The notes under the pieces were generated by a model. That model did not search any database. It worked only from the letters and a program-made list of their open reading frames with translations, and had not been told where the DNA came from. A program made the position numbers and the translations under genes. Positions 10,352-20,679 of a stretch of 64,000 nucleotides of DNA are shown in pieces. The stretch covers positions 9,216-73,215 of the forward strand of contig CANQWG010000001.1 of assembly GCA_947627505.1 (NCBI GenBank). The letters are read 5' to 3'. The stretch's first letter is position 1. Each line of letters starts with the position of its first letter. The DNA is from an uncultured Bacilli bacterium (GTDB lineage: Bacteria; Bacillota_I; Bacilli_A; RFN20; CAG-449).

Positions 10352-11326
10352 ATGAAACAAACAACAACGCTTATTGAATACGCTACAAAAAAAGAACATC
10401 GGAAAAACAATATCAACAAAGCAGGTATTGTCGGATTCTTTTTAGGACCATATGGAATATGTTTTGCTTTATTCTTTATATTTCCATTGGTTTTTGGAAT
10501 CATCATGTCTTTGTGTTCTTTTGATGGCAGCTCAATCTATCCTTCTCAATTTGTTGGGTTTGACAATTTTACAAAATTATTCACAAATCCGATTTTGGCA
10601 AGAGATTTTTGGAAAAGCGTTTGGGTGACGATTCGTTTTGATTTAATCATTGTTCCGCTTTCTATTTTGATTCCTTTGGGCTTAGCTTTGTTAATATCGA
10701 TGAAACCACCCGGATATAAATTTTTTCGCTCGTGCATTTACCTTCCAGGAATATTCCCGCTAACAGCTACAGGTCTAATTCTGTTAAAGATGTTTGACTA
10801 TCGTAACGGATTTATCAATGCCTTTTTTAACGTCAGTATCGATTGGTTTGGTCAAACAAATACCGCATGGTTTATGATTGGATTATTTTGTTTGTGGTGC
10901 GGTATGGGTGGCAATTTCATAATCCTATGTGCGGGATTAGAAAATGTAGATAAAACCTTGTTTGAAGCTGCTAGTGTTGATGGATGTAATAAAATCGATA
11001 AATTCTTTCATATAACTTTACCCGCTATAAAGCCACAATTATTTATATGTTTGTTTACAACTTTCATCGGATATATGAATCTATATGGACAATTGTTAAT
11101 TCTAGCTTCGAATACTCCTGATCAAAGTGAAATGAAAAGTGCTGTATTCCGCATTCAAGATATGTTAATTGGAAACTCGAAAGGGTATGGTTATGCGGCG
11201 GCTATGGGAATCTGTCTCGGTCTTATCATCATTGTAATTGCTGTCGTCCAATTAGTAGTTACAAAAGAACGGAAAGGAGGTAGCAAACATGAAGAAAAAT
11301 TCATGGCTTGGAAAAAATCTCGGTAA
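10352..11326 (+). CDS. Sugar ABC transporter permease (MalF/UgpA-like)
   Basis: Multi-TM protein in an operon with the binding protein, second permease and ATPase. Confidence 0.8.
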   Translation: MKQTTTLIEYATKKEHRKNNINKAGIVGFFLGPYGICFALFFIFPLVFGIIMSLCSFDGSSIYPSQFVGFDNFTKLFTNPILARDFWKSVWVTIRFDLIIVPLSILIPLGLALLISMKPPGYKFFRSCIYLPGIFPLTATGLILLKMFDYRNGFINAFFNVSIDWFGQTNTAWFMIGLFCLWCGMGGNFIILCAGLENVDKTLFEAASVDGCNKIDKFFHITLPAIKPQLFICLFTTFIGYMNLYGQLLILASNTPDQSEMKSAVFRIQDMLIGNSKGYGYAAAMGICLGLIIIVIAVVQLVVTKERKGGSKHEEKFMAWKKSR

Positions 11327-12179
11327 ACTTATCGCCTTTATCGTTTTGCTTCTCGTATCGCTATTAATGCTTACTCCGATCATTTGGGGCATTTTGGGAT
11401 CATTTCGCCATTATCGTGATTTTCAAAGCAACTCTAGTCATTTCTTTCCGTCGTGGGATGCCTTTACATTTGATGGATATCAGGAATTGTTTTCTAAAAC
11501 CACATATGTCGAAGGTCAAGGTAATAATTGGTTTCCCATTTGGAATTGGCTGTTTAATTCCTTGATCGTCGCTCTTGGAGGTACGTTATTATATTTGATT
11601 ATCGCTGCTTTTGCCGCTTACGCTTTTGTGTTTTTGGATTTTAAATGGCGAGATAAAATATTTTATTTTCTGATTGGAACCATGACCATTCCCGGAATTA
11701 TTTCTACCGCACCGCAGTTGATCAATATGTCGATGATGGGATTTTATAAAAGTTTATTAGGTCTTATCGCTCCGACACTCGGAGGGGTATATGGAGTTTT
11801 CTTAATAAGGCAATTCTTTGTGAATATTCCTAGCGATTTAATTGAAAATGCGCGTATGGATGGAGCAAGCAATTTAAAAATCTTTTTTAAAATCGTTTTG
11901 CCACTTGGAAAATCAGCATTGTTTGTTCAAGGGTTATTTGGATTTATGGGGGCTTGGAATGATGTTCAATGGGCACAACTTATTATAGGTAATGCTCCAC
12001 GATCAACTTGGACGCTAGCTTATGGGTTAAAAGTCATTTCGGATAATTCCGAGGCTTACGAATCAATCACATTGGCACTTGCAAGTGCCGTAATTTCAAT
12101 GATTCCGATCTTAATTGTCTATTTAGTTGCACAGTCAAAGATTATCGAAGGTGTGGCTAATACCGGAATCAAGCGATAG
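11289..12179 (+). CDS. Sugar ABC transporter permease (MalG/UgpE-like)
   Basis: Multi-TM protein with a MalG-like loop (…NARMDGAS…). Confidence 0.8.
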   Translation: MKKNSWLGKNLGKLIAFIVLLLVSLLMLTPIIWGILGSFRHYRDFQSNSSHFFPSWDAFTFDGYQELFSKTTYVEGQGNNWFPIWNWLFNSLIVALGGTLLYLIIAAFAAYAFVFLDFKWRDKIFYFLIGTMTIPGIISTAPQLINMSMMGFYKSLLGLIAPTLGGVYGVFLIRQFFVNIPSDLIENARMDGASNLKIFFKIVLPLGKSALFVQGLFGFMGAWNDVQWAQLIIGNAPRSTWTLAYGLKVISDNSEAYESITLALASAVISMIPILIVYLVAQSKIIEGVANTGIKR

Positions 12180-12190
12180 GAGGGTTTACG

Positions 12191-13630
12191 ATGAAAGAAC
12201 AAGTTACACCTAAAGAAGCTAAGCAAATATTAAAAGCTACCAATAACAAATTAGTTGATGAAACATTAGATTCTTTTGTTACATTGCGAAACATTAATAA
12301 GATCTTTCCTAATGGTGTTCACGCAGTATATGATTTCAATTTAGAACTTAACAAAAATGATTTTGTTGCGCTTGTAGGTCCTTCTGGGTGTGGTAAATCT
12401 ACGACTTTACGTATGATTGCAGGTCTTGAAGAGATAACTTCAGGCGAACTCTATATCAACAAAACATATAGCAATTACCTGCCATCAAAAGATCGAGACA
12501 TCGCAATGGTTTTCCAAAGCTATGCACTATATCCGCAAATGACAGTTTTTGATAATATCGCCTTCGGTTTAAAAATCCGGCATATCGATAAAAAAGAAAT
12601 CGAGGAAAGAGTCTTTAAAGCGGCGGACATTCTCGACCTTGGACCTTATTTAGATCGGAAACCGAAAGAATTGTCGGGTGGTCAAATGCAACGGGTGGCA
12701 CTTGGAAGAGCGATTGTAAGACAAGCCGATTTATTTTTAATGGATGAACCATTATCGAACTTAGATGCAAAGTTACGCGTACAAATGCGAAGCGAAATCG
12801 TAAGAATTCATAAAGAAATCGGCGCTACTACAATTTATGTGACTCACGATCAAGTCGAAGCCCTTACTATGGCTAATGTTATCGTGGTCATGAATAAAGG
12901 TTTTATTCAACAAGTGGGAAGTGCCATGGATGTCTATAATCATCCCGCAAACTTATTTGTCGCGACCTTTATCGGATCTCCGTCGATGAATATTATATTA
13001 GGATCCTATAAAGACGGAATTTGTTATTTATCACCGCAGTATAGCTTTAATTTAGGCGATGAATTTAAAAAGAAAATATTTGATTTTCGCTTGAAGAAAA
13101 TAAATGAGTTGCAAGAGATGTTAGAAAAAATAGATGAAATAAATTACGAAGAGATTCTAAAAATGGAATCAAGGCAAATTTATAAACGCGGACAAGATAA
13201 ATCTAACTTACAAATTAAATCTAAAAAGACGAATATATTTACTGCTTTGAAAGAGAAATTTACTAAGAAAGGAAGTGAGCAAGAACAAGACGATCGAGCA
13301 GAAATCAAGCAAAAAATTACGGAACTCTTAAAATCTTATCAGACATCTTCCCTAGAGAGTATTCCACTTAAATTTGGCATTCGCCCTGAGGCTTTCTATT
13401 TGGCCGATTCATTTCGCGGGAAAATGAAGTCTCCGATTATTGAAGCCAAACCTTCAATGATTGAATTGTTGGGTAATGAATACATTGTCCACTTCAATTT
13501 ATTCAATGAAGATATTCAAATTAAGTTAGAAAACACTGAGGAAGTCTCAAATGAGCAAATTATGAAAATTGTTTTCGATATCGATAAACTGCATATCTTT
13601 GATGTCGAAAGCGGATTAACAATTAGATAG
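12191..13630 (+). CDS. ABC transporter ATP-binding protein (MalK/MsmK-like) with a ~100-aa K/E-rich insertion in the C-terminal regulatory domain
   Basis: Walker A GPSGCGKST, signature LSGGQMQRVALGRA and Walker B LFLMDEPLSNLD. It is 479 aa, versus ~370 aa for a typical MalK. Confidence 0.85.
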   Translation: MKEQVTPKEAKQILKATNNKLVDETLDSFVTLRNINKIFPNGVHAVYDFNLELNKNDFVALVGPSGCGKSTTLRMIAGLEEITSGELYINKTYSNYLPSKDRDIAMVFQSYALYPQMTVFDNIAFGLKIRHIDKKEIEERVFKAADILDLGPYLDRKPKELSGGQMQRVALGRAIVRQADLFLMDEPLSNLDAKLRVQMRSEIVRIHKEIGATTIYVTHDQVEALTMANVIVVMNKGFIQQVGSAMDVYNHPANLFVATFIGSPSMNIILGSYKDGICYLSPQYSFNLGDEFKKKIFDFRLKKINELQEMLEKIDEINYEEILKMESRQIYKRGQDKSNLQIKSKKTNIFTALKEKFTKKGSEQEQDDRAEIKQKITELLKSYQTSSLESIPLKFGIRPEAFYLADSFRGKMKSPIIEAKPSMIELLGNEYIVHFNLFNEDIQIKLENTEEVSNEQIMKIVFDIDKLHIFDVESGLTIR

Positions 13631-13638
13631 GAGAAAAA

Positions 13639-15465
13639 ATGAAAAAGAAATTTCTATTATTAGCCACCTGTCTATTATTCACTGCACCATTAATAAGTGG
13701 ATGTAATCAAGGTGGAACGTCAAGCAGTGAAACAACGAAAGTTGAAAGCCCGTATCAAATAAAAATTACCGCGATCGGTAATACAACGATTCGTGTTTCA
13801 CAAACATTGCAACTTCGTTCATCGGTTACTGGAACAACCCAAAAAGATGTTTCTTGGTCTAGTTCTGATGAAACGCTAGCCACAGTTTCAGATAAAGGAC
13901 TTGTCACAGCTTTAAAAGCCGGAGAAGTTGAAATTAAGGCTACTTTAGACATAGATGTTAATTGTGTCGAAACTATTAAAATTAAAATTGAAGCGGCGGC
14001 AATGCCTACAAAGTTAGAAATTAAAGGATATGACAACTTAACTCAATGGGTCGGTGAAAGTATCAGTTTAAGCGTGGAAGTAACCCCGTCAGATGCTTCT
14101 AACTTAGTAGATTACTCATCTTCAAATGAAAATATCGCCACTGTTTCTAATGCTGGGCTTGTGACCTTTTTAGATTCGGGTAATGTCACCATCACCGCGA
14201 CAAGTAAAGAGGATTCAAATGTTAAAGCATCGGTTACATTTAATGTCAAAAATGGAGTATTTCGTTCTGAAGTAGGTTCTCCATATTGGAATTTAGAGCA
14301 TCAAGCCGATGATGAAAATGCCTATATCGAAATTGATGATCAAACTCCAGCCGGCTATCATTCAGCTTATTTTTCCCATGTACTAGGGACTAAGTACTAT
14401 GCTGAAGCGACATTTAAAATTACCAAGCAATTATCGACTTGGGTATGGCAAGGGGTCGGTATCGGAAGTGGACTTTCTGAAACGGACACTAGATATTATC
14501 TATTTTCACCTCGCGTAGAAAATCAAGGTAACAATTACAATAAGACAATCGTCAAAGATTTACCTAATGAAACATGGCCGGCGATCACTTCGCGTAGCCA
14601 AGTTTGGGGTGAAAATGATTTGGATTATATCGATTGGCAAACAAGTACCATTAAGTTAGGAATGATTCGTAATGGTAATGAACATTATTGGCTTATAAAT
14701 GATCGAGTCATGTGGTACGATAATTCAACTAAGTATGAAGATATACCGACAATGCCGATAATTTGTGCGATCGATGTCGCCGCGAAAGTCACTGATTACA
14801 AAGTGATCACAAATAGTGATGAGATCGATAGCATGCTCCAAGAAGATGAATATAAAAAATCATTTTTCCCGGCAAATACCGACAATTGTACCTATACAAA
14901 TGATAGTAATTTTACCTTTAATACAATCAATACCTTAAGTAAAGATCATAAAGTGCGAAGCATCGGTGATAAAGCCAAATTAATCGGAAATTTCGAAGTT
15001 AACTTCGATGTTTCGGATTTGGTTTTCAATGGAGCACACACTAATGGTTTTACCGGTATGACTTGTAATTTTTCAAGATATGATTCTGCTGATACTGTTG
15101 AATCTTTCATGGTAGGAAAGAGTATTGTTCAAGATCACGATAACATCGTTTCACGATTTGCTTCATGGAATTACGTTTTATCAATGGATGATCCTTCTGC
15201 GGTGATGAGTTATTTGGAAACAAGTGCGACAGCATTTGAAAATCCTTCCGAAACACATCACATTAAAATTACAAGAACCATCAACAATAATCAATCGACA
15301 TTCCAAATGTGGGTTGATGATAATGAATGTAACTTTGATGTTAAATCGACACAATACGTGACGATGAATTCAAGATATACCGGAGCTTATTTGATTTGGG
15401 TTGGCGGAGAATATACTTCCGGGGCAATTTCGAATTTTACCTTCAGTTCAACATTAGCACAGTAA
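13639..15465 (+). CDS. Surface lipoprotein with Big_2 (bacterial Ig-like) domains and a C-terminal domain of unknown function
   Basis: Lipobox LISGCNQ. Two Big_2-like segments (VSDKGLVTALKAGEVEI…, VSNAGLVTFLDSGNVTI…). Confidence 0.55.
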   Translation: MKKKFLLLATCLLFTAPLISGCNQGGTSSSETTKVESPYQIKITAIGNTTIRVSQTLQLRSSVTGTTQKDVSWSSSDETLATVSDKGLVTALKAGEVEIKATLDIDVNCVETIKIKIEAAAMPTKLEIKGYDNLTQWVGESISLSVEVTPSDASNLVDYSSSNENIATVSNAGLVTFLDSGNVTITATSKEDSNVKASVTFNVKNGVFRSEVGSPYWNLEHQADDENAYIEIDDQTPAGYHSAYFSHVLGTKYYAEATFKITKQLSTWVWQGVGIGSGLSETDTRYYLFSPRVENQGNNYNKTIVKDLPNETWPAITSRSQVWGENDLDYIDWQTSTIKLGMIRNGNEHYWLINDRVMWYDNSTKYEDIPTMPIICAIDVAAKVTDYKVITNSDEIDSMLQEDEYKKSFFPANTDNCTYTNDSNFTFNTINTLSKDHKVRSIGDKAKLIGNFEVNFDVSDLVFNGAHTNGFTGMTCNFSRYDSADTVESFMVGKSIVQDHDNIVSRFASWNYVLSMDDPSAVMSYLETSATAFENPSETHHIKITRTINNNQSTFQMWVDDNECNFDVKSTQYVTMNSRYTGAYLIWVGGEYTSGAISNFTFSSTLAQ

Positions 15466-15488
15466 AAATTTTATAAAGGAGTAAAAAA

Positions 15489-17150
15489 ATGAAAAAAATA
15501 AAAGTATTATCAACAGCTCTATTATTGAGTGTTCTTAGTTTAGTCTCTTGTAATGGAGATAATTTAATTCAGTCGTCGTCTCAAAATCCAAGTTCCGGAG
15601 CGTCGACATCGGAAGCAACAAGCGAAACGATAACATCATCAGAAGCGACAAGTGAAAAAGCAAGTGATGAAGGAAGCGAACAGGCAAGTGAACAAGTTAC
15701 TTCATCAGAGTCGACTTCTGTTCAAGAAGAAACGTCAGAAGAACAAAAAACGATTGCCATTACAACAGCAACAGATGAAGTGTTTTTAGGCAAAACGTTA
15801 CAAATGGAATATGAAAGTAATCCAGTAGATGCCGATGTCGTGTGGACGGTAGATAGTGATAAAGCCACGATAAGCGATGATGGATTATTAGAAGCGGTGA
15901 CTCCAGGAAAAGTGAATGTCACCGTCACCCTAAAAGATGATGAAGAAGTTTCTGATAGTAAAGAGATAACCATTAAAGATACATTGCTTGATCTTAGTGT
16001 GAATGCATCCTCATGGGACTTCACCGGTGTTTATAGCGATGATAATGTTTCCTTTAAATCGGTAGATGACCTTGGTAATGACTTGAATAGTTATGCAAAT
16101 ATCAAAAATGTAAAAAGTGAACACTACGCTTTCAGCGCAACAGTAAGTTTAACTAATCCTAAAGGTGACGATACTTGGAGTAGAGTTTCTCTTGGACATT
16201 TAGATGATGACAATGTGTTCCATGGAATGTTTGTTTCGCCAGGACCAAACTTTACTGCTAGAAAACAAGTTGTAATGGATATCACTAATGGTGGTGTCGG
16301 TTGGGGTGTTGTCACCGATCGTTCACAAGTTTGGAATCTTCACGATTTAGATTCATTAGATATGTCTAATATGGTTTTAACCACAATCCGTGATGGATCT
16401 AATTATTACTATTTAGTTAACGGAGAGTTGTATTGGTTTGAAATAATGGATAAAGGTGCCACTACTCCTTCGTTTATGGCAGCACAGTTACAAGCCTCAT
16501 TTAGCAACGTTAAAGTAGAATTGGATCAAACCAAGATTTCAGAAATGATTTCATCGGTTGAAAATCAAAAATTCTATCCAGGACATAAAGAACATGTTGA
16601 GATTGCCGACGATGGTACGATTACCTTTAAAAATGCTAGCGCAGGTGCTCCGTTAAATGCTAAAGATCAAAGTGCTAAATCTATCGGCCAACGGGCTTTA
16701 TTACCTGCTAATAAAGAAACGACAATTACATTTGATTATACAATTACAGGATACGGAGCAACGGATGGTATGCCGGGACTTGCAGTTACCATGAATCGAT
16801 ATGACGAATCACCGGCAGAAGCACGTTCGGTATTGTTATGCGAATTTAAATCCGGATTTACAGGTTGGAACTCAAATGGTGATTTAAATAGCGGTATCGG
16901 TAGCGGAGGCGTTAGTTATGCTGAGGAAGCACCTTTATTGGAAAATACCTTATATCATGTTACGGTTACAAGATTAATGACAGCAGAAGGACAAGACATG
17001 GCTTATAAAGTCACTGATGCTGAAGGAAAAGTCTTGGTTCAAGAAGAACATGGATGGAAAGATGGTTATTCCGGTAACGCTGTATTATCATTCTTAGTTC
17101 GCGATTTAAACTGTGTGTTATCAAATATTGTATTGACAGTTAGCGAATAA
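15489..17150 (+). CDS. Surface lipoprotein with an S/T/E-rich linker and a Big_2 domain, paralogous to 13639-15465
   Basis: Lipobox LVSCNG followed by a low-complexity SSE linker. Shares a block with the upstream gene (SQVWN/GE.DLD…IRDGSNYYYLVNG vs IRNGNEHYWLIND). Confidence 0.55.
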   Translation: MKKIKVLSTALLLSVLSLVSCNGDNLIQSSSQNPSSGASTSEATSETITSSEATSEKASDEGSEQASEQVTSSESTSVQEETSEEQKTIAITTATDEVFLGKTLQMEYESNPVDADVVWTVDSDKATISDDGLLEAVTPGKVNVTVTLKDDEEVSDSKEITIKDTLLDLSVNASSWDFTGVYSDDNVSFKSVDDLGNDLNSYANIKNVKSEHYAFSATVSLTNPKGDDTWSRVSLGHLDDDNVFHGMFVSPGPNFTARKQVVMDITNGGVGWGVVTDRSQVWNLHDLDSLDMSNMVLTTIRDGSNYYYLVNGELYWFEIMDKGATTPSFMAAQLQASFSNVKVELDQTKISEMISSVENQKFYPGHKEHVEIADDGTITFKNASAGAPLNAKDQSAKSIGQRALLPANKETTITFDYTITGYGATDGMPGLAVTMNRYDESPAEARSVLLCEFKSGFTGWNSNGDLNSGIGSGGVSYAEEAPLLENTLYHVTVTRLMTAEGQDMAYKVTDAEGKVLVQEEHGWKDGYSGNAVLSFLVRDLNCVLSNIVLTVSE

Positions 17151-17177
17151 TTAAAATATCTATAAGGAGGCACAAAT

Positions 17178-19355
17178 ATGCCTATCACATTTGATCAAGA
17201 ACAAAAATTATTTCATCTTCAAACAAATAACTTTTCTTATTATTTTATTATCAATGAAATCGGAATGTTGCAGCATGTCTATTTTGGATCACCACTTGAA
17301 GAAATTCATCTTGAGACTTTATTGAATTTAGGTATGGATTGGTCTAAAACGTATTTTTCAAGCACTGAGCAAAAAGAGAAAATTTATGAAGGTAATCTAT
17401 ATACTACGCATTCACTTTTTGAAGTGCCTACTTTTGGATATGCCGACAAACGAATATCGCCGATTATAATGGAAACAAACATTGATCATAAATGTGATTT
17501 CCGATATGTCTCACATAGAATTTATCAAGGTAAACCTTCATTAAAAGGACAGCCTCATTTTAAAGATTCAAAAAATGAGGCTTCCTCTTTGGAGGTTACT
17601 TTACGTGATCTTACCAAAAATGTCACTTTGATTTTAACCTATTCGATTTTTGAAAATAGTGGAGTGTTATTACGCAACACGACACTTATCAATAATACGA
17701 ATCAATCTATCTTTTTAAAGAAAGTATCATCCGTAACCTTGGATTTACCAAAAAAAGAGTTAATTTTAACTCATTTTCCAGGCGGGTGGAGTTTTGAAAG
17801 AATGGTGCGTCAGGATGAATTAAGCGAAGGTATAAAACGCATCGTTTCAAATTCAGGTCGTTCTTCGCACGAACATAATCCGTTCTTTTTCTTAAGTGAA
17901 AAAACAAGTGATGAAAATCAAGGTGAGGTATATGCCTTTTCACATGTTTATAGTGGATCTTTTGAAGCGGAATTTGAAGTAAATCAATGGGGGCAAACTC
18001 GCGTTAATCTTGGAATTAATGAAGAAGAATTTTCTTTTGAATTAAAACCAAATGATATCTTTGATTTTCCCGAAGGGTTATTGGCTTATTCATCGAAGGG
18101 GTTTGGCCATTTATCACGTCAACTTCACGATGTAATTCGCGATCATCTGATTAAAATACCTTCGATGGAGTTGAAAGAAAAGATCATTCTCAATTCTTGG
18201 GAAGGGTGTTATTTGGATTTTAATACTGAGAAAATACTTTCGTATATTGACCAAGCAAAACTTATCGGAACGGAATTATTCGTCTTAGATGATGGGTGGT
18301 TTATTAACCGTAATGATGATAGCAACGGACTTGGAGATTGGATAATCGATGAAGCGAAAATCGATTTAAAAAAGATTATAAACCATTGTCATGACTTAAA
18401 CATGAAATTTGGAATTTGGTTTGAACCGGAAATGATTAATCCAAGAAGTAATTTATATGGTGAACATCCGGAATATTCGGTAGGGAATTTAAACATTGAC
18501 AGAGCTTTATCACGACATCAATTTCCCTTAGATATGACCAATCCTCAAGTCGTGGATACGATATTCGCTAAAATGACCGCGATTTTAGACCATTATGATA
18601 TCGACTATGTCAAATGGGATCACAATCGATCGATTGATTGTGCATATTCATCATATTTGAAAGAACGTAATGGCGAATTTTATCATCGAATGGTCCTTGG
18701 TTATTATCATTTGGCGGAGTTATTGACAAAAAGGTATCCGCATATCTTATTTCAAGGTTGTGCAAGCGGCGGTGGTCGGTTTGATTTAGGTAGTTTATTC
18801 TATTTCCCGGAAATATGGACTAGCGATGAAACAGATCCGATTCAAAGGTTATTTATCCAATATGGTACCAGTTATATGTATCCACTTATCTCTATGGGTG
18901 CTCATGTAAGCAAAAATGCCATTACATCTTATGCCACGAAAGGCATGATTGCTTTATTTGGTACTTATGGCTTTGAGTTTGATCCCAATACGTTAAATGA
19001 AAAAGATCGAAGTGAATTAAATGAAATTAATGAAATATTTCATAACTATCATCAAAAAGTTATTGCGGAAGGTGATTTTTATCGCTTGAGTTCACCTTTT
19101 ACGAGTAATCATTTTGCCATTGCTTCTATCAGTAAGGACAAAAGTTTAGGACTCGTTTTATTTGTAAATTTATTAAAAGAACCAAGAGAGTACAGATTTT
19201 TGAAGATTGAAGGTTTGGATCAAAACAAGCGATATTACAATAGTTTTGACAAACAAATCTATAGTGGCGATTATTATCATAAAATCGGTCTTAATTTTAC
19301 TAGGTGGTTCAATGAATTCGAAGCCATTTTAGTCATTTTAAAAGAGGTTAAATGA
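17178..19355 (+). CDS. Alpha-galactosidase, glycoside hydrolase family 36
   Basis: 725 aa. The N-terminus MPITFDQEQKLFHLQTNNFSYYF is typical of GH36 AgaA-type enzymes. Found in a galactoside locus with galT and galK. Confidence 0.8.
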   Translation: MPITFDQEQKLFHLQTNNFSYYFIINEIGMLQHVYFGSPLEEIHLETLLNLGMDWSKTYFSSTEQKEKIYEGNLYTTHSLFEVPTFGYADKRISPIIMETNIDHKCDFRYVSHRIYQGKPSLKGQPHFKDSKNEASSLEVTLRDLTKNVTLILTYSIFENSGVLLRNTTLINNTNQSIFLKKVSSVTLDLPKKELILTHFPGGWSFERMVRQDELSEGIKRIVSNSGRSSHEHNPFFFLSEKTSDENQGEVYAFSHVYSGSFEAEFEVNQWGQTRVNLGINEEEFSFELKPNDIFDFPEGLLAYSSKGFGHLSRQLHDVIRDHLIKIPSMELKEKIILNSWEGCYLDFNTEKILSYIDQAKLIGTELFVLDDGWFINRNDDSNGLGDWIIDEAKIDLKKIINHCHDLNMKFGIWFEPEMINPRSNLYGEHPEYSVGNLNIDRALSRHQFPLDMTNPQVVDTIFAKMTAILDHYDIDYVKWDHNRSIDCAYSSYLKERNGEFYHRMVLGYYHLAELLTKRYPHILFQGCASGGGRFDLGSLFYFPEIWTSDETDPIQRLFIQYGTSYMYPLISMGAHVSKNAITSYATKGMIALFGTYGFEFDPNTLNEKDRSELNEINEIFHNYHQKVIAEGDFYRLSSPFTSNHFAIASISKDKSLGLVLFVNLLKEPREYRFLKIEGLDQNKRYYNSFDKQIYSGDYYHKIGLNFTRWFNEFEAILVILKEVK

Positions 19356-19813
19356 AACGCTGTTTTTTGATTTTCTGTGGGCTAATGCTTTTAAACTCTT
19401 GTGTTAACGATAACCTTTCAAACACTTTTAGTTTACGTAGCTATAATGATTATGAAGAATATTTTATTGAAACCGAACAGATATTTAATCAAGAAGAAAA
19501 TGATTATTTGATTTACTTTTTTTCGATGTATTGCAATGCTTGTTACGATTTAAAACAAAAAGTTTTTGATTATATCGATAACCAACATCCGTTGTATTTT
19601 GTCGATTGTTCTAAACAAGATATTTATCGATTTGTGCAGGATGGTACGAATATCCCTGACGAAGTAATAAAGAATAGCAATTTTCATGCCACTAGTGTTC
19701 AAGCAATTACTATCTCATCAATTCCATGTTTATTAAAGGTTAAAGAGCATAAAGTTGAAAACACTTGGATTGGATTTCAGGAGTGTAATGAAATTTTGAA
19801 GGAGACAACATGA
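19352..19813 (+). CDS. Small thioredoxin-like lipoprotein (CNAC motif)
   Basis: Lipobox LLNSCVND. The segment YLIYFFSMYCNACYDLK resembles a thioredoxin-fold CxxC. Confidence 0.4.
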   Translation: MKRCFLIFCGLMLLNSCVNDNLSNTFSLRSYNDYEEYFIETEQIFNQEENDYLIYFFSMYCNACYDLKQKVFDYIDNQHPLYFVDCSKQDIYRFVQDGTNIPDEVIKNSNFHATSVQAITISSIPCLLKVKEHKVENTWIGFQECNEILKETT

Positions 19814-20679
19814 AATTAAAAGAAATTTATATCCGAGATCCGTTTGTTCTAGCGGATCCGAATAGCAAAATGTATTATTTATACGGCACAACTCCAAGTT
19901 ATGAAGGACAAGGCTTTTATTGTTTTAAAAGTCAAGATTTAGTTGATTGGAGTGGTCCTATAAAAGTATTTACACCACCAAGTGATTTTTGGGGAACAAA
20001 GGATTTTTGGGCACCTGAAGTGCACATGTATCGTGGAGAATATTATATGTTTGCGACGTTTAAAGGTGATAATACTTGCCGTGGCACACAAATCTTACAC
20101 GCCACTTCACCAGAGGGTCCGTTTAATGTTCATAGCGACATTATTACTCCTAGTGATTGGGAATGTTTAGATGGGACTTTCTATGTAAATGAAACTGGTA
20201 ATCCATATATGATTTTCTGCCATGAATGGTTGCAAATAAACGATGGCACGATTTGCGCATTGGAGCTATCGGAAAATTTAAAGCATCGTTTAGGTGATCC
20301 CATCACTTTATTCAAAGCGAGTGATGCTTCTTGGAGTAAAAAACCATCGTGGCACGAAAAAGATATCTATGTTACTGATGGGCCGTTTGTTTTCGAACGG
20401 GAGGGTAAAAAGTTTTTGTTATGGTCATCTTATGGTGAAACAGAATATTTGATTGGTGTAGCTCGCCCGGAAAATTCGTTTATCGACTCTCATTACATAC
20501 AAGCCAATCATCCGCTTGCTATCACTTCGGCGGGACATGGAATGATTTTTACTACTTTTGCAGGAAAAGATAAATTAATTGTTCATGTCGACAATGAAAA
20601 AGGCGGAAAAGAACATCCGGCTTTATTTGACATAAAAATTGTCAATGAAGATTTAGAGGTAGTATTAAATGAAAATTAA
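19810..20679 (+). CDS. Cytoplasmic glycoside hydrolase family 43 (alpha-L-arabinofuranosidase / beta-xylosidase-like)
   Basis: No signal peptide. Motifs IRDPFVLADP…YYLYGTT and DFWAPEVHMYRGEYYMFAT. Confidence 0.75.
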   Translation: MKLKEIYIRDPFVLADPNSKMYYLYGTTPSYEGQGFYCFKSQDLVDWSGPIKVFTPPSDFWGTKDFWAPEVHMYRGEYYMFATFKGDNTCRGTQILHATSPEGPFNVHSDIITPSDWECLDGTFYVNETGNPYMIFCHEWLQINDGTICALELSENLKHRLGDPITLFKASDASWSKKPSWHEKDIYVTDGPFVFEREGKKFLLWSSYGETEYLIGVARPENSFIDSHYIQANHPLAITSAGHGMIFTTFAGKDKLIVHVDNEKGGKEHPALFDIKIVNEDLEVVLNEN

